Source: a plasmid. Taken from it: a stretch of 41,842 bases of DNA. The notes under the pieces were generated by a model that did no database searches, had not been told where the DNA came from, and saw only the letters and a list, made by a program, of their open reading frames with translations. Positions 35,509 through 41,842 of this stretch are shown in pieces. Within the stretch, counting starts at the first letter, position 1. Each line of letters opens with the position of its first letter. The translations under genes and the position numbers were made by a program. The stretch is taken from the sequence record NZ_CP114581.1, one strand, 5' to 3'.

Positions 35509-35974
35509 CTATTGAAAAATAGAATTTGGATTTGGCATTTTCAGATAACGAAGTTCATGCAAATAAGGTTTTGTATGATATTCATTTGGTAATCTAAAAT
35601 AGTTCGGCAGATTGATTATTTTTTTCTGGTCATGTGCTTTATTAATCCAGTTATTAAATAATTCTGAATCTATTTTTAATGATTCTTTAGGAATAAAGAT
35701 AATCATTAAGTTCTGATAATAATGTACGGGTTTCAGAATTGAAATATGCGTACTGATTAGCTCTGTTATTACATTAATAAATTTATCACTTTCCGATAGG
35801 GATTTGGGATTGCTATCATTATTAATGATGAATGAATAGTATTCATTATCCAGCATTCGTATATAATAACTATTAAGAGAAACCTTTTCTAAAATAGTTT
35901 CTCTTGTGTATTTAATTTTATCTCTGATTGATTGATACACTACCAATGCGGCATGATGAGAACCGCCTGTATTA
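35509..35974 (-). pseudogene. backbone gene disrupted by Tn3 (C-terminal part); N-terminal continuation at 40925..41022 is truncated by IS26
   Basis: The 35509..36006 ORF reads through the Tn3 IR. Removing Tn3 and one TATTA copy joins ...NRFVAP|NTGGSHH... in frame with the minus-strand ORF at 40925..41022, which itself runs into the IS26 IR. The gene is AT-rich, like the backbone. Confidence 0.5.
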
Positions 35975-36121
35975 GGGGTCTGACGCTCAGTGGAACGAAA
36001 ACTCACGTTAAGGGGTTTTGGTCATGAGATTATCAAAAAGGATCTTCACCTAGATCCTTTTAAATTAAAAATGAAGTTTTAAATCAATCTAAAGTATATA
36101 TGAGTAAACTTGGTCTGACAG

Positions 36122-36994
<873 letters not shown>

Positions 36995-37164
36995 TCAATA
37001 TTATTGAAGCATTTACCAGGGTTATTGTCTCATGAGCGGATACATATTTGAATGTATTTAGAAAAATAAACAAATAGGGGTTCCGCGCACATTTCCCCGA
37101 AAAGTGCCACCTGACGTCTAAGAAACCATTATTATCATGACATTAACCTATAAAAATAAGCGTA

Positions 37165-37885
<721 letters not shown>

Positions 37886-40800
37886 ATGCCCGTTGACTTT
37901 CTGACCACTGAGCAGACTGAAAGCTATGGCAGATTCACCGGTGAACCGGATGAGCTTCAGCTGGCACGATATTTTCACCTTGATGAAGCAGACAAGGAAT
38001 TTATCGGAAAAAGCAGAGGTGATCACAACCGTCTGGGCATTGCCCTGCAAATTGGATGTGTCCGTTTTCTGGGCACCTTCCTCACCGATATGAATCATAT
38101 TCCTTCCGGCGTCCGGCATTTTACCGCCAGACAGCTCGGGATTCGTGATATCACCGTTCTTGCAGAATACGGTCAGAGGGAAAATACCCGCCGTGAGCAT
38201 GCAGCGCTGATACGTCAGCACTATCAGTATCGTGAATTTGCCTGGCCCTGGACATTTCGCCTTACCCGTCTTTTATATACCCGGAGCTGGATAAGCAACG
38301 AACGTCCTGGCCTGCTTTTCGATCTGGCGACAGGGTGGCTTATGCAACATCGTATTATTCTCCCCGGAGCCACTACGCTGACCCGGTTGATTTCAGAGGT
38401 AAGGGAAAAGGCGACGTTGCGCCTGTGGAACAAACTGGCACTGATACCGTCAGCCGAACAGCGTTCACAGCTGGAGATGCTGCTGGGGCCAACTGATTGC
38501 AGCCGCCTGTCTTTACTGGAATCACTGAAAAAGGGCCCTGTGACCATCAGTGGTCCGGCGTTTAATGAAGCAATTGAACGCTGGAAAACTCTGAACGATT
38601 TTGGCCTGCATGCTGAAAACCTGAGTACACTCCCGGCTGTGCGCCTGAAAAATCTCGCACGTTATGCTGGTATGACTTCGGTGTTCAATATTGCCAGGAT
38701 GTCACCGCAGAAAAGGATGGCGGTTCTGGTTGCCTTTGTCCTTGCATGGGAAACGCTGGCGCTGGATGATGCATTGGACGTTCTGGACGCCATGCTGGCC
38801 GTTATCATCCGTGACGCCAGAAAGATTGGGCAGAAAAAACGGCTCCGCTCGCTGAAGGATCTGGATAAATCTGCATTGGCGCTCGCCAGCGCATGTTCGT
38901 ACCTGCTGAAAGAAGAAACACCGGACGAATCGATTCGTGCTGAGGTGTTCAGCTACATCCCAAGGCAAAAGCTGGCTGAAATCATCACGCTTGTCCGTGA
39001 AATTGCCCGGCCCTCAGACGATAATTTTCATGAAGAAATGGTGGAGCAGTACGGGCGCGTTCGTCGTTTCCTGCCCCATCTGCTGAATACCGTTAAATTT
39101 TCATCCGCACCTGCCGGGGTTACCACTCTGAATGCCTGTGACTACCTCAGCCGGGAGTTCAGCTCACGGCGGCAGTTTTTTGACGACGCACCAACGGAAA
39201 TTATCAGTCGGTCATGGAAACGGCTGGTGATTAACAAGGAAAAACATATCACCCGCAGGGGATACACGCTCTGCTTTCTCAGTAAACTGCAGGATAGTCT
39301 GAGGCGGAGGGATGTCTACGTTACCGGCAGTAACCGGTGGGGAGATCCTCGTGCAAGATTACTACAGGGTGCTGACTGGCAGGCAAACCGGATTAAGGTT
39401 TATCGTTCTTTGGGGCACCCGACAGACCCGCAGGAAGCAATAAAATCTCTGGGTCATCAGCTTGATAGTCGTTACAGACAGGTTGCTGCACGTCTTTGCG
39501 AAAATGAGGCTGTCGAACTCGATGTTTCTGGCCCGAAGCCCCGGTTGACAATTTCTCCCCTCGCCAGTCTTGATGAGCCGGACAGTCTGAAACGACTGAG
39601 CAAAATGATCAGTGATCTACTCCCTCCGGTGGATTTAACGGAGTTGCTGCTCGAAATTAACGCCCATACCGGATTTGCTGATGAGTTTTTCCATGCTAGT
39701 GAAGCCAGTGCCAGAGTTGATGATCTGCCCGTCAGCATCAGCGCCGTGCTGATGGCTGAAGCCTGCAATATCGGTCTGGAACCACTGATCAGATCAAATG
39801 TTCCTGCACTGACCCGACACCGGCTGAACTGGACAAAAGCGAACTATCTGCGGGCTGAAACTATCACCAGCGCTAATGCCAGACTGGTTGATTTTCAGGC
39901 AACGCTGCCACTGGCACAGATATGGGGTGGAGGAGAAGTGGCATCTGCAGATGGAATGCGCTTTGTTACGCCAGTCAGAACAATCAATGCCGGACCGAAC
40001 CGCAAATACTTTGGTAATAACAGAGGGATCACCTGGTACAACTTTGTGTCCGATCAGTATTCCGGCTTTCATGGCATCGTTATACCGGGGACGCTGAGGG
40101 ACTCTATCTTTGTGCTGGAAGGTCTTCTGGAACAGGAGACCGGGCTGAATCCAACCGAAATTATGACCGATACAGCAGGTGCCAGCGAACTTGTCTTTGG
40201 CCTTTTCTGGCTGCTGGGATACCAGTTTTCTCCACGCCTGGCTGATGCCGGTGCTTCGGTTTTCTGGCGAATGGACCATGATGCCGACTATGGCGTGCTG
40301 AATGATATTGCCAGAGGGCAATCAGATCCCCGAAAAATAGTCCTTCAGTGGGACGAAATGATCCGGACCGCTGGCTCCCTGAAGCTGGGCAAAGTACAGG
40401 TTTCAGTGCTGGTCCGTTCATTGCTGAAAAGTGAACGTCCTTCCGGACTGACTCAGGCAATCATTGAAGTGGGGCGCATCAACAAAACGCTGTATCTGCT
40501 TAATTATATTGATGATGAAGATTACCGCCGGCGCATTCTGACCCAGCTTAATCGGGGAGAAAGTCGCCATGCCGTTGCCAGAGCCATCTGTCACGGTCAA
40601 AAAGGTGAGATAAGAAAACGATATACCGACGGTCAGGAAGATCAACTGGGCACACTGGGGCTGGTCACTAACGCCGTCGTGTTATGGAACACTATTTATA
40701 TGCAGGCAGCCCTGGATCATCTCCGGGCGCAGGGTGAAACACTGAATGATGAAGATATCGCACGCCTCTCCCCGCTTTGCCACGGACATATCAATATGCT

Positions 40801-40891
40801 CGGCCATTATTCCTTCACGCTGGCAGAACTGGTGACCAAAGGACATCTGAGACCATTAAAAGAGGCGTCAGAGGCAGAAAACGTTGCTTAA
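37886..40891 (+). CDS. tnpA: Tn3 transposase
   Basis: 1001 aa beginning MPVDFLTTEQTESYGRF. The ORF track's 1054-aa version starts at an upstream in-frame ATG inside res. Confidence 0.9.
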   Translation: MPVDFLTTEQTESYGRFTGEPDELQLARYFHLDEADKEFIGKSRGDHNRLGIALQIGCVRFLGTFLTDMNHIPSGVRHFTARQLGIRDITVLAEYGQRENTRREHAALIRQHYQYREFAWPWTFRLTRLLYTRSWISNERPGLLFDLATGWLMQHRIILPGATTLTRLISEVREKATLRLWNKLALIPSAEQRSQLEMLLGPTDCSRLSLLESLKKGPVTISGPAFNEAIERWKTLNDFGLHAENLSTLPAVRLKNLARYAGMTSVFNIARMSPQKRMAVLVAFVLAWETLALDDALDVLDAMLAVIIRDARKIGQKKRLRSLKDLDKSALALASACSYLLKEETPDESIRAEVFSYIPRQKLAEIITLVREIARPSDDNFHEEMVEQYGRVRRFLPHLLNTVKFSSAPAGVTTLNACDYLSREFSSRRQFFDDAPTEIISRSWKRLVINKEKHITRRGYTLCFLSKLQDSLRRRDVYVTGSNRWGDPRARLLQGADWQANRIKVYRSLGHPTDPQEAIKSLGHQLDSRYRQVAARLCENEAVELDVSGPKPRLTISPLASLDEPDSLKRLSKMISDLLPPVDLTELLLEINAHTGFADEFFHASEASARVDDLPVSISAVLMAEACNIGLEPLIRSNVPALTRHRLNWTKANYLRAETITSANARLVDFQATLPLAQIWGGGEVASADGMRFVTPVRTINAGPNRKYFGNNRGITWYNFVSDQYSGFHGIVIPGTLRDSIFVLEGLLEQETGLNPTEIMTDTAGASELVFGLFWLLGYQFSPRLADAGASVFWRMDHDADYGVLNDIARGQSDPRKIVLQWDEMIRTAGSLKLGKVQVSVLVRSLLKSERPSGLTQAIIEVGRINKTLYLLNYIDDEDYRRRILTQLNRGESRHAVARAICHGQKGEIRKRYTDGQEDQLGTLGLVTNAVVLWNTIYMQAALDHLRAQGETLNDEDIARLSPLCHGHINMLGHYSFTLAELVTKGHLRPLKEASEAENVA

Positions 40892-41022
40892 CGTGAGTTT
40901 TCGTTCCACTGAGCGTCAGACCCCTATTAGGGGCAACAAACCTATTTAACCATTCGTAATATATGACATTAATAGGTCTGCACTTTCTGAACCCCTCAGA
41001 TTCAATGTGCGCAATATTTCGT

Positions 41023-41842
41023 GGCACTGTTGCAAATAGTCGGTGGTGATAAACTTATCATCCCCTTTTGCTGATGGAGCTGCACATGAACCCATTCAAA
41101 GGCCGGCATTTTCAGCGTGACATCATTCTGTGGGCCGTACGCTGGTACTGCAAATACGGCATCAGTTACCGTGAGCTGCAGGAGATGCTGGCTGAACGCG
41201 GAGTGAATGTCGATCACTCCACGATTTACCGCTGGGTTCAGCGTTATGCGCCTGAAATGGAAAAACGGCTGCGCTGGTACTGGCGTAACCCTTCCGATCT
41301 TTGCCCGTGGCACATGGATGAAACCTACGTGAAGGTCAATGGCCGCTGGGCGTATCTGTACCGGGCCGTCGACAGCCGGGGCCGCACTGTCGATTTTTAT
41401 CTCTCCTCCCGTCGTAACAGCAAAGCTGCATACCGGTTTCTGGGTAAAATCCTCAACAACGTGAAGAAGTGGCAGATCCCGCGATTCATCAACACGGATA
41501 AAGCGCCCGCCTATGGTCGCGCGCTTGCTCTGCTCAAACGCGAAGGCCGGTGCCCGTCTGACGTTGAACACCGACAGATTAAGTACCGGAACAACGTGAT
41601 TGAATGCGATCATGGCAAACTGAAACGGATAATCGGCGCCACGCTGGGATTTAAATCCATGAAGACGGCTTACGCCACCATCAAAGGTATTGAGGTGATG
41701 CGTGCACTACGCAAAGGCCAGGCCTCAGCATTTTATTATGGTGATCCCCTGGGCGAAATGCGCCTGGTAAGCAGAGTTTTTGAAATGTAAGGCCTTTGAA
41801 TAAGACAAAAGGCTGCCTCATCGCTAACTTTGCAACAGTGCC
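41023..41842 (+). mobile_element. IS26 (IS6 family), complete 820 bp
   Basis: Terminal IRs GGCACTGTTGCAAA at 41023 and ...TTTGCAACAGTGCC at the window end. The internal sequence encodes Tnp26. Confidence 0.9.
41086..41790 (+). CDS. tnpA: IS26 transposase Tnp26
   Basis: 234 aa, MNPFKGRHFQRDIILWAVRWYCKYGISYRELQEMLAERGVNVDHSTIYRWVQRYAPE..., the IS26 DDE transposase. The ORF track starts 6 codons upstream. Confidence 0.9.
   Translation: MNPFKGRHFQRDIILWAVRWYCKYGISYRELQEMLAERGVNVDHSTIYRWVQRYAPEMEKRLRWYWRNPSDLCPWHMDETYVKVNGRWAYLYRAVDSRGRTVDFYLSSRRNSKAAYRFLGKILNNVKKWQIPRFINTDKAPAYGRALALLKREGRCPSDVEHRQIKYRNNVIECDHGKLKRIIGATLGFKSMKTAYATIKGIEVMRALRKGQASAFYYGDPLGEMRLVSRVFEM

Noticed and set aside
35975-36006. 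The first 11 codons (MSFRSTERQTP) of the 35509..36006 ORF.
   Set aside because: These codons are read-through of the Tn3 terminal inverted repeat. The real gene was interrupted by the transposon (TATTA duplication) and continues at 40925..41022.
38224-40645. Multiple 70-175-aa ORFs antisense to tnpA (38224..38547, 38702..38968, 39472..39768, 39794..40321, 40161..40460, 40418..40645, 37868..38221).
   Set aside because: They lie wholly inside the well-characterised Tn3 transposase gene on the opposite strand in GC-richer DNA. These are typical spurious antisense ORFs.
41002-41613. 203-aa minus-strand ORF inside IS26, and 40815..41027 ORF starting with GTG in the IS26 IR.
   Set aside because: The first is antisense to Tnp26 and not a known IS26 product. 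The second is the truncated backbone gene remnant running into the IS end, listed as a pseudogene instead.

Overview
This 41.8-kb window is the backbone of a low-GC (about 33%) conjugative plasmid from a LexA-bearing Gram-negative host, probably a gammaproteobacterium. The minus strand carries a complete VirB/VirD4-type type IV secretion operon in pKM101/IncN-like order (RHH regulator, virB1, virB2, a fused virB3-virB4, virB5, an Eex-like lipoprotein, virB6, a tiny VirB7-like lipoprotein missing from the ORF track, virB8 to virB11, virD4). Two coupled genes follow it, then a 559-aa protein of unknown function, plasmid topoisomerase III, an H-NS-family protein and an SGNH hydrolase. The middle of the window holds a relaxosome (MobC plus a MobA/VirD2-family relaxase with HxDx4HxH), a RelE/Phd-type toxin-antitoxin pair, an iteron replicon (DnaA box, AT-rich repeats, nine GTGTGTAAATCCCG iterons, Rep), a J-domain protein, an XRE regulator and several genes of unknown function. 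This replicon module is bracketed by two inverted copies of an ~83-bp oriT-like palindromic region. Further along are a type Ib partition system (ParA plus an RHH ParG-like protein, with a TGTACA-core centromere repeat field), a Phd/ParE pair, and an SOS-regulated (LexA box) pore-forming colicin-like bacteriocin with a convergent membrane immunity gene. A Hok/PndA-family type I toxin locus is followed by a higher-GC acquired resistance region. This region is a complete Tn3-family transposon (blaTEM, tnpR, tnpA) with a 5-bp TATTA target duplication inside a backbone gene, followed by a complete 820-bp IS26 ending exactly at the window edge. Candidate novel or unusual items are the duplicated inverted oriT-like repeats around the replicon, the duplicated 80-bp promoter cassettes driving the J-domain and unknown-function operons, the 559-aa HHCV-motif protein, a dispersed TGTACA-core operator/centromere family, and the bacteriocin locus.
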